Position numbers and translations under genes: made by a program | In this document: positions 1 through 10,406 of the stretch, piece by piece | Position numbering within the stretch: position 1 is the first letter of the stretch | How the letters are laid out: each line of letters begins with the position of its first letter | NCBI GenBank assembly: GCA_963777315.1 | Contig: CAVZQC010000004.1 | Coordinates: forward strand, 256,001 to 320,000 | DNA length: 64,000 bases | Direction of reading: 5' to 3' | Source of the DNA: Vulcanimicrobiota bacterium | GTDB lineage: Bacteria; Vulcanimicrobiota; Vulcanimicrobiia; Vulcanimicrobiales; Vulcanimicrobiaceae | Notes under the pieces: model-generated | Told to the model about the DNA's origin: nothing | The model's database searches: none | The model's input: only the letters and a program-made list of their open reading frames with translations

Positions 1-2
1 CG

Positions 3-1931
3 GTGCGCGTGTCGCCCGACTTACCGGTGTGCGATGCGTGCCTGCACGAGCTGTTCGATCCCGCCGATGCGCGCTACGGGTATCCGTACATCAACTGCAC
101 GAACTGCGGACCGCGGTATTCGATCGTTCAAGCCCTGCCCTACGACCGCCCCAACACGACCATGCGAAGTTGGCCGATGTGCGAACGCTGCCGGGCCGAG
201 TACGACGACCCCATGAACCGGCGTTTTCACGCCCAGCCCGTTGCGTGCGCGCGTTGCGGGCCGAACTACGTGCTCCAATGCGACGGCAGCGCTTTGCGCG
301 CCGGCGAAGCGATCGAGCGTGCAGCTCAACTGCTGCGTGACGGATCGATCGTCGCCGTCAAAGGCATCGGCGGATACCATTTGGCGTGCGATGCACGCAA
401 CGCCACCGCGGTGCAGGCGGTTCGCGACCGCAAGTATCGCAAGGAACGGCCGTTCGCGGTAATGGTTCGCGACGTGGAAGCGGCCGGCGGCGTCGTGTAC
501 TTGGATCGTGCATCTCGGACGGCGCTCGAATCGCAAGCTCGACCCATCGTGATCGCGCCGGCGAAGATGAGCTTGCGCGGCGTCGCCCCGGATAACGACG
601 ATCTCGGCATCATGCTGGCCTATACGCCGCTGCACCACCTGCTTTTTGCGTCGGGTGCACCGCACGTGTTGGTGATGACCAGCGCGAACCGGTCGAGCGA
701 ACCGATCGCGTATCGCGACGATGACGCGCGCCGTTCGCTCGACGGCATCGCCGATGCGCTGCTCGTTGGCGAGCGGGAAATAGCTCGGCGTATGGACGAC
801 TCGGTCGTGAGGGCCGACCGCGACGCGACCACGGTGCTCCGGCATGCTCGAGGCTATGCACCGCAGGCGGTAGCGACCCTTGCCGGCGCCCGGCCTATCG
901 TTGCCGTCGGTGCGGACTTGAAAAATGCGATCGCCGTTGTGGTCGGCGGTCAGGCGTTCGCGAGCCAGCACATCGGCGACCTCGAGCACTACGAAGCGTT
1001 GCAATCGTTCAAACGGACGATCGCTGACCTCATCGCGCTGTACGAGTTGCCCGAGGACGATCTGCTCGTGGCGCACGACGCGCACCCCGGCTATGCTTCT
1101 TCGGCGCATGCGCTGTCGATGCCCGGGGAAAAGATCGCGGTCCAGCATCATCGCGCCCATATTGCAAGCGTGCTCGCCGAACGGCAAGCGCTGGGAACGC
1201 GCGTGCTGGGCTTCGCCTTCGATGGTACGGGCTACGGTCAAGACGGCACGATTTGGGGCGGCGAAATATTCCTGGGTGACGTTTTTGGCGGTTTGCAGCG
1301 AGTCGCGCACTTGCGCACCGCCAAACTTGCGGGCGGGGATGCCGCCGCGCGCTTTCCGGTACAAGCAGCTGCCGGGTTTTTAGATGGAATGGACGTCCCG
1401 GATTTGAGCGCACCGCCGTTCGGCTTTCCCGAGCGCTACAACAGCGTGCGCGAGCTGCTGCGCGCCGACGTGCGCGTGTTCGCCACCACGTCGATGGGCC
1501 GGTTGTTCGACACCGCTGCGGCGCTGCTGGGTTTTACGCGAGAGATAACTTTTGAAGCCCAAGCCGCCATGTGGATCGAACACCTTGCCCGCGCAAGCGC
1601 GCCGGTCGCGGCATATCCATTCCCTTTGCGAAATGCCGAACTCGACTATCGCCCGCTTCTGGAAGCCGTCATTCGCGACCGCGTCGGCGGACGCGACGTT
1701 CGCGAAATCGCGCGAGCGTTTCACGAAGCGCTGGCAGACGCCGTTTTGGCGGTATGCTCGCAGTTCGGCCAAGAGCGTATCGTCGTTTCGGGCGGCGTCT
1801 TTCAGAACGCGCTGCTGACGCAGCGGCTGAGCGATGCGCTGGGCGACCGGCTTTGGACCAACCGCATCGTACCGCCGAACGACGGCGGCATCTGCTTGGG
1901 CCAAGCCGCGTTGGCCAGTGCGGCGGTTTGA
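3..1931 (+). CDS. hypF: Carbamoyltransferase HypF ([NiFe]-hydrogenase maturation), 5' end outside the window
   Basis: Zinc-finger motifs CDAC..YPYINCTNCGPRYSI and CERC..RRFHAQPVACARCGP; KGIGGYHL, QHHRAH, FDGTGYG and C-terminal PPNDGGICLGQA. The acylphosphatase N-domain is not in the window. Confidence 0.96.
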   Translation: MRVSPDLPVCDACLHELFDPADARYGYPYINCTNCGPRYSIVQALPYDRPNTTMRSWPMCERCRAEYDDPMNRRFHAQPVACARCGPNYVLQCDGSALRAGEAIERAAQLLRDGSIVAVKGIGGYHLACDARNATAVQAVRDRKYRKERPFAVMVRDVEAAGGVVYLDRASRTALESQARPIVIAPAKMSLRGVAPDNDDLGIMLAYTPLHHLLFASGAPHVLVMTSANRSSEPIAYRDDDARRSLDGIADALLVGEREIARRMDDSVVRADRDATTVLRHARGYAPQAVATLAGARPIVAVGADLKNAIAVVVGGQAFASQHIGDLEHYEALQSFKRTIADLIALYELPEDDLLVAHDAHPGYASSAHALSMPGEKIAVQHHRAHIASVLAERQALGTRVLGFAFDGTGYGQDGTIWGGEIFLGDVFGGLQRVAHLRTAKLAGGDAAARFPVQAAAGFLDGMDVPDLSAPPFGFPERYNSVRELLRADVRVFATTSMGRLFDTAAALLGFTREITFEAQAAMWIEHLARASAPVAAYPFPLRNAELDYRPLLEAVIRDRVGGRDVREIARAFHEALADAVLAVCSQFGQERIVVSGGVFQNALLTQRLSDALGDRLWTNRIVPPNDGGICLGQAALASAAV

Positions 1932-1937
1932 CCGCAC

Positions 1938-2513
1938 GTGCAGGCTGGCGCCTTCATTCGATACCATAGCGGCGACGGGTTCGGTCACGTCGGCTGGGCG
2001 TTTGACGTCGAGCCTGGAAGCAGCGTCAATGCAGGGTCGGTCGAAAACCATAGCGGGCACATCTTTTCACCGGCGGCCGACATGGGTTTTTGGACGACGT
2101 TTTCTGCCGATCCCACGCAAGACATGCGCAAACGTTCGTACGACGACGTGAAGTACATGGAAGTTCCCAACGCGGATCCCGTGCTCGCGTATCGCACGGT
2201 GCTGTGGATCAAGCACAACGGCTACCGCGCGTTTCTGCGCAACTGCGAGGACGACGTTTACGACGTGCTGCGCGCGTACGGCATCACCGACCTGACTCCG
2301 CCGTCGCTGGTGTGGTTTCCCAAGTCGTGGTTCCGGCGTTTTCGCGGATCGATCGCGCACGTGTCCGATTTCAGCTGGAGCCAACCCGCTCAAACCACAC
2401 TTGCGGAGGCGGCGATGCCGCCCGATCTCCAGCCTTGGCATCCCACTTGGCGCAGGGCGTGGCATTTCGATTTCCACCTGTTCAATTTCAAGCGGCTGCT
2501 GGGGCGCGCCTAA
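1938..2513 (+). CDS. Hypothetical protein, probable permuted papain-like (NlpC/P60-related) hydrolase
   Basis: 191-aa ORF 6 nt after hypF; GHVG precedes GYRAFLRNCED (His before Cys). Confidence 0.6.
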   Translation: MQAGAFIRYHSGDGFGHVGWAFDVEPGSSVNAGSVENHSGHIFSPAADMGFWTTFSADPTQDMRKRSYDDVKYMEVPNADPVLAYRTVLWIKHNGYRAFLRNCEDDVYDVLRAYGITDLTPPSLVWFPKSWFRRFRGSIAHVSDFSWSQPAQTTLAEAAMPPDLQPWHPTWRRAWHFDFHLFNFKRLLGRA

Positions 2514-2527
2514 AGCTCGCGAAACTG

Positions 2528-3754
2528 CTAGAACTTCGGCTCCGCGCGGCCCTGCGTACGCAGCAGCATTGCCGGGAATCCGGTGTCGTTCAGCCGCTGG
2601 AGCAGCAAAGCGACGTCGTCGTGATTGCGCAGTTCGAGCGTAAAGTCCAGGTCGGCGCTTCTCGAAGACAGGTCGCTGAACAGGCGCTGGTGAGCCAGAT
2701 CCATCACGTTCGCGCCAAGCTGCGCGATCAGCGCGGATATCTGGGCGAGGGCTCCAGGCTTGTCCGCAATTTCGACGCGAATACGAGCCAGGAGGCCCTC
2801 GCGTAGTTGCGTGCGCATGATGACGTTCGCCAGCAGTCCCGGTTCGATGTTTCCGCCGGTGATCACCAGACCGACCGTTTTGCCGGCAAAGCGATCGGCA
2901 TGTACCGACAATGCGGCAGCGCCCGCGGCGCCCGCGCCCTCGACGACCAGCTTTTCTTGCTCCAGCAAGGCATAGATGGCCGACTCGATCGCGTCTTCGG
3001 ACAGCAGGACGATATCGCTGACCAGACGCCGGACGACGTCCAACGCCCGAGCGGACTGCGTTTCTACGGCAATCCCCTCCGCGATGGTCGAAGTGCCGGA
3101 AACGGGATCCAGTCCTTGCAGCGCGCGGTGCATGTGTGGTTGCCTGGCTGCCTGCACGCCGATTATCCTGATGCCGGGATTGAGCGTCGTTGCGGCGACG
3201 GCGACTCCGGTGATCAAACCGCCCCCGCCGATTGGCACGATGAGCGTGTCGAGCTCGGGTTTGGCGCCCAGCATCTCGATCGCCAGCGTCCCGTTTCCCG
3301 CTACGATGCAGTCGTCGTCGTAGGGGTGAATCAGCGTGAGGTTTTCGTCCTGGGCGATGCGCGTTGCCGCCTGCTCGGCTTGGGCGATGGTATTTCCGGT
3401 TACGACGACGCGCGCACCGAAAGCCTGCGTTCTGCGAATCTTCGTAAAAGCGGTGCCTTCCGGCATGACGATCGTCGCGGGAATTCCTAGCCGTTTGGCA
3501 TGCCATGCGACGGCCTGCGCGTGGTTACCGGCCGATACGGCAATCGCACCGCGCGCTGCGGAATCGTCATCGAGGCTTTGCAGCTTCACGAGCGCGCCGC
3601 GTTCTTTGAACGAGCCGGTGAACTGGCGGTTTTCGAGTTTGAGCCAAACGTCCGCACCGGTAACGTTGGAGAGATGAGGCGACGGGATCAACGGAGTTTG
3701 GGGAAGTATCGCTGCGATCTGCGATGCAGCCGCCTCGATGGCGTGGAAGTTCAC
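2528..3754 (-). CDS. ilvA: Threonine ammonia-lyase (PLP-dependent) with C-terminal ACT domain
   Basis: KLENRQFTGSFKERGA, SAGNHAQAVA, PIGGGGLI, EGAGAA, ITGGNI; ACT-like DKPGAL. Confidence 0.92.
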   Translation of the reverse strand: MNFHAIEAAASQIAAILPQTPLIPSPHLSNVTGADVWLKLENRQFTGSFKERGALVKLQSLDDDSAARGAIAVSAGNHAQAVAWHAKRLGIPATIVMPEGTAFTKIRRTQAFGARVVVTGNTIAQAEQAATRIAQDENLTLIHPYDDDCIVAGNGTLAIEMLGAKPELDTLIVPIGGGGLITGVAVAATTLNPGIRIIGVQAARQPHMHRALQGLDPVSGTSTIAEGIAVETQSARALDVVRRLVSDIVLLSEDAIESAIYALLEQEKLVVEGAGAAGAAALSVHADRFAGKTVGLVITGGNIEPGLLANVIMRTQLREGLLARIRVEIADKPGALAQISALIAQLGANVMDLAHQRLFSDLSSRSADLDFTLELRNHDDVALLLQRLNDTGFPAMLLRTQGRAEPKF

Positions 3755-4674
3755 GGCAGCAAGTCGAGCATCGGACGTGCTGCGGCGGCGTCGGCGATCG
3801 GCCGCAGTCCCCAGGCATCTTCCAAGGTGCGAAGCAGCGAGTAATGGTTGTACGGCACCATCGACACCCGATGTCCTTTCTTACGGGTGACGACGATCGT
3901 TACGATGTGTCCGCCGCCCGGCACAGCCCCGCAGCATCCCTGATTGGAGTCTCCTTCATCCCACGTGAGAAAAATTGCGGACTGGTCCGTGAAGGCGCGC
4001 GAGGCGAGGATGGTCGTTACCAGCGAACGGACGTAGCGGTCGCCTTCGCGCAGGAGGGCGTGGTTTTTCGGACATGCGGCGTCCCCGTGCATGTCGTGGC
4101 ACAGGTCCGGAGCGATATAGATAAAACGCGGGGAACTGCGCCCGTTGTCGAGCACCTTCGAAAGTTGCCCCATCGAATCGAGAGCGCGCACTCGCTCGCT
4201 GCGTTTCGGGTTCATAGCGATGTTGCGGAAATAGGCGAATGGGTTGTGCTTTTGCGCGTATTCGCCCGAAGGCATCGATTGCAACAGCGCGACCCATGCA
4301 ATGCCTTTTTTCTCCAAGCCGTCCACGAGCGTGGGGGCGTCGAAACCATGGCAGCGAGCATCCGGTGGACTCGGAAAACAGCTGCGACGATCGTCGGTCA
4401 CGCCGAAGGTTTGTCCGGCGATAAGCGCGAGGTAATTGGGCAAGCTCGGATGGGTTATGGCATAGTAGCGGCTTGCTAAACCATACCGGGCGGCCAGAGA
4501 AGCGATAAACGGCGTATAGCGTGCGCCGCCGGGCCCAAGCAGTGTTGCGGATTCCTCGTTCTCCATGACGATGAGAACGGCCATGTCGAGTTCGGGATGC
4601 TCCCGAAACGCTCGGCGTGAGGGCAAATGAGCCGCGGTCGCGATGTGAGCCGGGGGCGCCTGGGCAACGAACAT
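3751..4674 (-). CDS. Phosphoesterase / acid phosphatase (alkaline-phosphatase superfamily)
   Basis: LIVMEN, THPSLPNYLAL, KHNPF, DLCHDMH, TWDE and YNHYSLLRTLED motifs; its stop overlaps the ilvA start. Confidence 0.88.
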   Translation of the reverse strand: MFVAQAPPAHIATAAHLPSRRAFREHPELDMAVLIVMENEESATLLGPGGARYTPFIASLAARYGLASRYYAITHPSLPNYLALIAGQTFGVTDDRRSCFPSPPDARCHGFDAPTLVDGLEKKGIAWVALLQSMPSGEYAQKHNPFAYFRNIAMNPKRSERVRALDSMGQLSKVLDNGRSSPRFIYIAPDLCHDMHGDAACPKNHALLREGDRYVRSLVTTILASRAFTDQSAIFLTWDEGDSNQGCCGAVPGGGHIVTIVVTRKKGHRVSMVPYNHYSLLRTLEDAWGLRPIADAAAARPMLDLLP

Positions 4675-4681
4675 CCGGCTG

Positions 4682-7411
4682 TTAGATGCGGTATTGCACG
4701 GTCAACATCACCTGCCGCGCAGGAAGCCCGTACAGTTCGGTGCCCTGCGTGAGGGAACTGGTGTCCGTACCGAATTGATTCTCGGGCACAAACGAGCCCA
4801 GTCCGATGAGGCCGTACGGGCTGGTCGCGTTGCTGTTGAACATGTTGTTGATGCCGAACGTGAGCGTGACCGGACCGCTCGTGTTTGAAATCGACGCGTT
4901 GGCCCACCAAAACGCGGGCGTATTGAACTGGTTGTTGTCGGCCAGGTAATTCTCGACGAAGCGTACGTCGACGCCGTGGCCGCTTTGGTATTCCAAACCG
5001 GCCGACGCTTTTTGCAGCGGAATGCCTTGAATCTGCGCGCCGTTGATGACGGTTGTGTTCTGCGCGAGAATGTCGTCGGGTACGCCCAAGTAAAATGCGG
5101 ACTGCGTATCGTAGACGAAATCGGCCGCCAGCTGCGGCACGATGTGAAACCGCCCGGATAGTTCGATACCCCGATATCGAGCTTGCGCAGCGTTATAGGT
5201 GGTGTTGACGTTCAGGTTGGCAACGGTGGGGTTGGGTATATTCGGGCACAGCGAAGCGATTTTGTTCAGGTACAGCTGTATGGTTTGCTGCGGAATGGTT
5301 GTTCCCACGGCCGAAAACGGCAGCGTGCCGTCGAACAGCGTGCCTTGCTCGTTCGCCTCGTACAGATTGAGCTGGATCATATTGTCGCTGCCGAACCGTC
5401 GGCCGTAGGCGAACTCGTAATCCGTCGCCTTCTCCGGTCCCAGGTTGCGGTCCGAAACGTCGCCGATCGTCGACTGCAGGTTCCCCGCGCAATTCGGAAA
5501 GAAGCTGCCGACGTTACCGTTGACGGCCGGTACGGCAAAAACGAGATTCGGCTGCGGTATGCTGGCGGAGTGCCCCGCCGTAAGGCGCAGCACGTCGGAA
5601 TTCGAGGGCCGGTACATTATGGAAAAGCGCGGGTCGAACGACGTTATCGGCGTGACGTTGGCGCGCTTTATCCATAGGTTGGCAAAGAGCGAGAGGCGAT
5701 TGTTCGGAAAGTACTGATCGTTCACGAAAAAGCCCGAAACGTTGACGTCGAACGGCTGTTTGTATGCGATCCGTTGAAAGGTCTGATTGGGAACCGTGAA
5801 GTTGTCGGGAAACTGACTGTTCGTGATGAGTTGATGCGCCGTGGAATACCCGAAACCGAAGTCGTTCTTCGAGCCCGCGATATCGTCGGTGACGAGCAGC
5901 CCGTGGGTGAAGAAAAAATGCGAGCGGAAGAAGTCGGACGCGACGGCACGGTTGAAGTCGGTCGCGTAGTAGTCGGCATAGCCGTCTATCGTCAGGGTGT
6001 TGTTGCGGGAAAGCGCGGTAGTCAACCGCGCATCGTAGTCGTGATTGCGTATGCCCTGCCACGGTCCGGGGCCGCCGCCGGCCGGCCCGGAGGTCAACTG
6101 CGCGTACTTTTGCGTCGACAGGCATTGATAGTTGGGTGCGGCGTCCACCAGCACGGCGATAGAGCCCGTGCAGGTCGCGGTTTGGCCGTTCGGCAGCGTT
6201 ACGTTGGTCGTATTGCCGTTTTGCGACAGCGCCTGCTGGGCGTTGTAGAGCTGGAACGGATACGGGAGGAAGTCCTGATCGCCGTTGCCGGTTTTGTCGA
6301 CCCACGCGTTGCCGGAATACGTCGTCAGCGTGAGCTTCGTGCTTGGACTGAAAGCGTAAGCGAGTTTCACCAAATCGTTGCGAAGCACGTAGTCTCCGCT
6401 GACGGCATAGGTATTTGCCGCTACGTTGCCGGCGGTCAAGTCGTTGCCCAGCAATCCCGTTTGGGTGACTACCTGTGGAATGAATTGCCCGTACGTTCCC
6501 TGCACGGCGTGAGCCACGGCGTAACCCAGCTTCCCTATGGTTCCGGTAGCCTGGATGGCCGTCAGAAGCTTTCCGTTGTTTCCCACGCCCTGTTCGAAAA
6601 GCGCGCTCGGTTTTCTGGTTGGGTCGAGCGTCTGATAATCGACGGTTCCCGCGATGGTGTCTACGCCGTATAAACCCGTAGCGCCCGAACCGTACGTCAC
6701 CTGAATTCCCTGCAAACCGTAGAACGGCGATACTTGGGAATCATAGGTGTTAAAAGCATTGACCGCCGATCCGAGCGGGCCGATTTGGTGCCCGTCGATC
6801 AGCGTGGCCGTTTCGCTGGGGTTGAAGCCGCGAATGCTCAAAAACATGTCGTCGCCGACGGCGTTGCTGGTGGTAGAGGTAATGCCCGGCAGCGTCGCGA
6901 TAAGATCGGCCGCGCGCACGTAGTTTTGGCTTTGAATGAGCTCAGGCGAGACGCTTTGATTGATCGTGGCGCTCGTCTGCAATGCGCCCGGACCTCCGGA
7001 CACTACCGCAGCGATCTGGCGCAGACCGCCCGAGCTTCGCGCAATCGCGGTTCGAACGTCGGCGGTTTGACCGGCGCTGACTATGACGTCCGGTATTCGG
7101 GTGCGCTGATAGCCGTTGGCGTCAACGACGATGGAATACGCGGCGGCCGGTTCGGCGGTAAAGCGAAAGGAGCCGTCGGCGGCCGTCGTCGTGACGGCCG
7201 TTTGTCGATCGTTGCGATCGAGCTCGATGCGCGCGCCGGCAATGGGCAAACCGCCGTTCGAGTCGACGATACGGCCGCTAATCGAGCCGGTTCCCGCGGG
7301 CGGTGTCAGCGCACCCGGCGCGGCACCCGCCGCAGCTGCAGTGCCTAACCACAGGCACAGGGCTGCCGTAAGCGCTGCAAGCCAAAACCTCGACATTCGA
7401 ACAGTCTGCAT
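4682..7411 (-). CDS. TonB-dependent receptor with N-terminal carboxypeptidase-regulatory-like domain
   Basis: Signal peptide after ATG 7411 (GGGAG RBS about 10 nt upstream); plug motifs SIRGF..TLIDGH and GLYGVDTIAGTVDY; barrel end FGINNMFN..RQVMLTVQYRI. Confidence 0.9.
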   Translation of the reverse strand: MQTVRMSRFWLAALTAALCLWLGTAAAAGAAPGALTPPAGTGSISGRIVDSNGGLPIAGARIELDRNDRQTAVTTTAADGSFRFTAEPAAAYSIVVDANGYQRTRIPDVIVSAGQTADVRTAIARSSGGLRQIAAVVSGGPGALQTSATINQSVSPELIQSQNYVRAADLIATLPGITSTTSNAVGDDMFLSIRGFNPSETATLIDGHQIGPLGSAVNAFNTYDSQVSPFYGLQGIQVTYGSGATGLYGVDTIAGTVDYQTLDPTRKPSALFEQGVGNNGKLLTAIQATGTIGKLGYAVAHAVQGTYGQFIPQVVTQTGLLGNDLTAGNVAANTYAVSGDYVLRNDLVKLAYAFSPSTKLTLTTYSGNAWVDKTGNGDQDFLPYPFQLYNAQQALSQNGNTTNVTLPNGQTATCTGSIAVLVDAAPNYQCLSTQKYAQLTSGPAGGGPGPWQGIRNHDYDARLTTALSRNNTLTIDGYADYYATDFNRAVASDFFRSHFFFTHGLLVTDDIAGSKNDFGFGYSTAHQLITNSQFPDNFTVPNQTFQRIAYKQPFDVNVSGFFVNDQYFPNNRLSLFANLWIKRANVTPITSFDPRFSIMYRPSNSDVLRLTAGHSASIPQPNLVFAVPAVNGNVGSFFPNCAGNLQSTIGDVSDRNLGPEKATDYEFAYGRRFGSDNMIQLNLYEANEQGTLFDGTLPFSAVGTTIPQQTIQLYLNKIASLCPNIPNPTVANLNVNTTYNAAQARYRGIELSGRFHIVPQLAADFVYDTQSAFYLGVPDDILAQNTTVINGAQIQGIPLQKASAGLEYQSGHGVDVRFVENYLADNNQFNTPAFWWANASISNTSGPVTLTFGINNMFNSNATSPYGLIGLGSFVPENQFGTDTSSLTQGTELYGLPARQVMLTVQYRI

Positions 7412-7477
7412 GAGGAAGTAACTCCCGTCCGCGGCGGTGCGTCTGCTGTTACTATAGCGGTTTGGCCGGCGGTTACG

Positions 7478-7519
7478 CATGGGGAGGCCTACCCACGCTT
7501 CGGCTGTCCGTTCCCCATG
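7478..7519. promoter_or_regulatory. Candidate LuxR-family operator(s) in a divergent promoter region
   Basis: Near-perfect 16-bp palindrome TGGGGAGGCCTACCCA (7480-7495) and inverted pair CATGGGGA (7478-7485) / TCCCCATG (7512-7519); TATAGT -10-like hexamer on the minus strand near 7451-7456. Confidence 0.45.
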
Positions 7520-7559
7520 AACGGGAGTGTAGGCAACTTGCGCGGGCGAAACACCGGCA

Positions 7560-10391
7560 ATGATGAACGACGTGCGGCCACGGGATCTAACCGGCAGGCT
7601 GAGCGAGCTCGCTATTCTCATGGAGCGCTTTCAAGCTGCCGAAAGCGGCGACGGCTGCAGCGTTTTGGTCACCGGCGACGCGGGCATCGGCAAAAGCCGG
7701 CTCCTTAGCGAACTGCACAAACGGCTCGATCCGAACGCATGCTGGTATGCCGCGGCGCAGAGCTTAGAATACATTCAGGCGCCGTATCACGTATTTTTGG
7801 AAATTGCGCGCAACCTGTTCGCTCAGCGCAGCGGCGCGGACGGCCCGCTTGAAGCACCCTTCAGCCGGCTGCTGTCGGGCAACTCGCTGAGCGAATCGGC
7901 GGCGGGAGAAACGCACCAGCGCAAGCTTCGCGCCTTTGAAGGCTTTGCCGAATCGCTGCGTTCGCTGGCGCGGGTGCGTCCGCTTATTGTTGCAGTCGAA
8001 GACGTGCATTGGGCCGACGTAGGGTCGATCGAACTGCTGCAATACTTGGTCTCGCGGCTTGGCGGCTCGAGAATACTGCTGATAGTTACTTGTCGCGTCG
8101 GCGACATCTCCGGCGCGAGCGCGTCGCTGACGTATCTGGAAAGTTTGGAACGCCTGGGTGTGACTCGCGTGCATTTGCCTGCGCTTTCGCGAGCGGAGAC
8201 TCGGATGCTGATCCGGCGTATGGTCCACGGCCATGATTCGCCCGGCGAAGAAGCGATCGAGCAGATAGAGCAGCTCGCCGACGGCAATCCGCTGTACGCT
8301 CAAGAGCTGCTTCGCAGCACGCTGATGCGGCGAACCACGGCAGGGATTACTCCTCCGCGCATTCCGGCTTCGCTTGCCGCCACCGTCGCCGAGCGGCTCA
8401 ACCGGCTCGAGCCCGAGCTGAGAAGCATCATCGTTCAAGCCTCCATAATCGGCAGAAGCTTCGATTCGGACCTGCTCGGGATAGTGGCGCAGCGCCCGCG
8501 CACGGTCGTGTTGGAAGCTTTACGCCAGGCCCGCGATCTGCAATTGCTCGTGGAGGACGGCTTTCGCACGATCAGCTACGCGTTCACGCATCAATTGGTG
8601 CGCGAAGTGATCTACCAACAGCTTTTAGCCCAGGAAACTCTCCCGCTGCACGAACGCATTGCGCGGCACCTCGAAAACGCAGCAGACGCTCCGAACCGTA
8701 CCGCGGAACTGGCCTATCACTGGGCCGCCGCCGGTAACGCTCGCAAAGCCGTTCACTACAATACGGCGGCCGGAGATATGGCCATCAGCGTGCACGCCCA
8801 CGGCGACGTTGCGCGGTTCTATCGCAGAGCGCTGCACTTTGCCGCCAGGAAGGATGCCGAGCGCGGCGATCTCTGCGCGAAGCTGGCGCTGGTGCTGTAT
8901 ATGAACGGACTCACTTCCGAGGCAAAGCACTGGTGCGAAGAAGCGATACGGGAGTTTGAAGTATTGGGAAACGGCCAGCGCGTGGTGCGGCTGCTGCTGC
9001 GCTTTGCCAAGCTGGAATTTTTCGAGGCCAACGTGCCGGCCAGCGTGACCCTGGCCGATAGAGCGCTGCGCAGCCTTGGATCGGACAATGCGAACAATTG
9101 CGGCGCGCTGATCGAGGCATTCTGCGAAATAGCGCGGTACTCGACCATGCTGGGCAGAAGCGCCGATGGACTGGCGTACTTGAACCGTGCCGAACAACTG
9201 GCGCACCGCCACGGCACCGGCCTTGCGGCGTTCTTCTATGACGTTCGTGCCATGGCGCACGCGAACATGGGACTGCAAGCGCGGGCTCTGAGCGATTTCG
9301 AACAATCGACGCAAATGGCCGACCGCTCCGGCGACGTGGAAACGACGCTTCGCATCTGGAACAACTACGGCTGCTACGCATCGTGGCTGGGCCTGGCAGA
9401 CGTGTCCATCGACGCCTACGAACGAACCCTGGCGTTGTGCGAGGCGCGCGGCTTTTTAGTGCGCACGGCGTTCTCGGCACTAGGTTTGGCTTGCACGATG
9501 TTCCGGTTGGGCCGTTTAACGCAAGCTCGCGCCCTCGTGCAGCTGGCGCTCGAACGCGGCGTGACGACGCCGTTGAACCGCCTTGTTCTCGCCGAAGTGG
9601 GCATTCCGTTGGCAATCATGCTGTGCGACGAGGCGCTGCTGGCCGAAGCGGAAGAAGAGTCGGTGCTCGACCGGGTTACGAGCATGCCGTCGGAATGGAC
9701 CGGCCCGGTCGCCGGCGCTTTTGCGGCGCTTGCGCTGCACCGGGGACAGCTGCAAAAAGCGCGCGACGTTCTGCATGCCGCACTGGTTGCGGTGCCGGCG
9801 GCGGAGCGCGCTTGGCCCATGCTCGTACAAATCGCAGGCTACGGGTATGCGTCCGATACGCCGCTGGCACGCGCATTGTTGGACCGAGCGCCCACAACGC
9901 GTACGACCGCCGCCGGAGCGGCTTACGAACAGCTGTTCAACGCGCATGCGTCGGCCAGAGACGGCCTGCGCGATACGAGCAAAAGCCATGCAAAAGCGTC
10001 GGCTGCGCTGTTCGGACGTTTGGGATGGCCGGTCGTTCAGGCGCAGGCTCTGGAACTGTCCGGAAACCTGGCGAACGCCGCGAAAATCTATCGCGATATC
10101 GGCAGCGTTCACGACGTTGAACGCATGTCCGGCGCGCTGCAACGCCGCAGCCGCGGGCGCTCGGGATCGAAACTGACCGCGCGCGAGCACCAAATCGCAG
10201 CGCTCGTGGCGGAAGGCTGCAGCAATAAGGCCATAGCGAAACGACTCGGCATCAGCGAACATACCGTCGGTCACCACTTGGAATCGATCTTCAATCGCCT
10301 GGAGATCAGCTCCCGCCTGCAGTTGGTCTCCGCCATGAACTCCAACGGAACAACTAAGACATCGTGTGGCCCAACATCTCCGGCGAGCTGA
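7560..10391 (+). CDS. Large ATP-binding LuxR-family (LAL) regulator: AAA ATPase, TPR-like region, LuxR HTH
   Basis: Walker A GDAGIGKS, Walker B VAVEDVHWAD, GNPLY; C-terminal LTAREHQIAALVAEGCSNKAIAKRLGISEHTVGHHL. Confidence 0.92.
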   Translation: MMNDVRPRDLTGRLSELAILMERFQAAESGDGCSVLVTGDAGIGKSRLLSELHKRLDPNACWYAAAQSLEYIQAPYHVFLEIARNLFAQRSGADGPLEAPFSRLLSGNSLSESAAGETHQRKLRAFEGFAESLRSLARVRPLIVAVEDVHWADVGSIELLQYLVSRLGGSRILLIVTCRVGDISGASASLTYLESLERLGVTRVHLPALSRAETRMLIRRMVHGHDSPGEEAIEQIEQLADGNPLYAQELLRSTLMRRTTAGITPPRIPASLAATVAERLNRLEPELRSIIVQASIIGRSFDSDLLGIVAQRPRTVVLEALRQARDLQLLVEDGFRTISYAFTHQLVREVIYQQLLAQETLPLHERIARHLENAADAPNRTAELAYHWAAAGNARKAVHYNTAAGDMAISVHAHGDVARFYRRALHFAARKDAERGDLCAKLALVLYMNGLTSEAKHWCEEAIREFEVLGNGQRVVRLLLRFAKLEFFEANVPASVTLADRALRSLGSDNANNCGALIEAFCEIARYSTMLGRSADGLAYLNRAEQLAHRHGTGLAAFFYDVRAMAHANMGLQARALSDFEQSTQMADRSGDVETTLRIWNNYGCYASWLGLADVSIDAYERTLALCEARGFLVRTAFSALGLACTMFRLGRLTQARALVQLALERGVTTPLNRLVLAEVGIPLAIMLCDEALLAEAEEESVLDRVTSMPSEWTGPVAGAFAALALHRGQLQKARDVLHAALVAVPAAERAWPMLVQIAGYGYASDTPLARALLDRAPTTRTTAAGAAYEQLFNAHASARDGLRDTSKSHAKASAALFGRLGWPVVQAQALELSGNLANAAKIYRDIGSVHDVERMSGALQRRSRGRSGSKLTAREHQIAALVAEGCSNKAIAKRLGISEHTVGHHLESIFNRLEISSRLQLVSAMNSNGTTKTSCGPTSPAS

Positions 10392-10406
10392 GACGACGGG
10401 CGAGGC

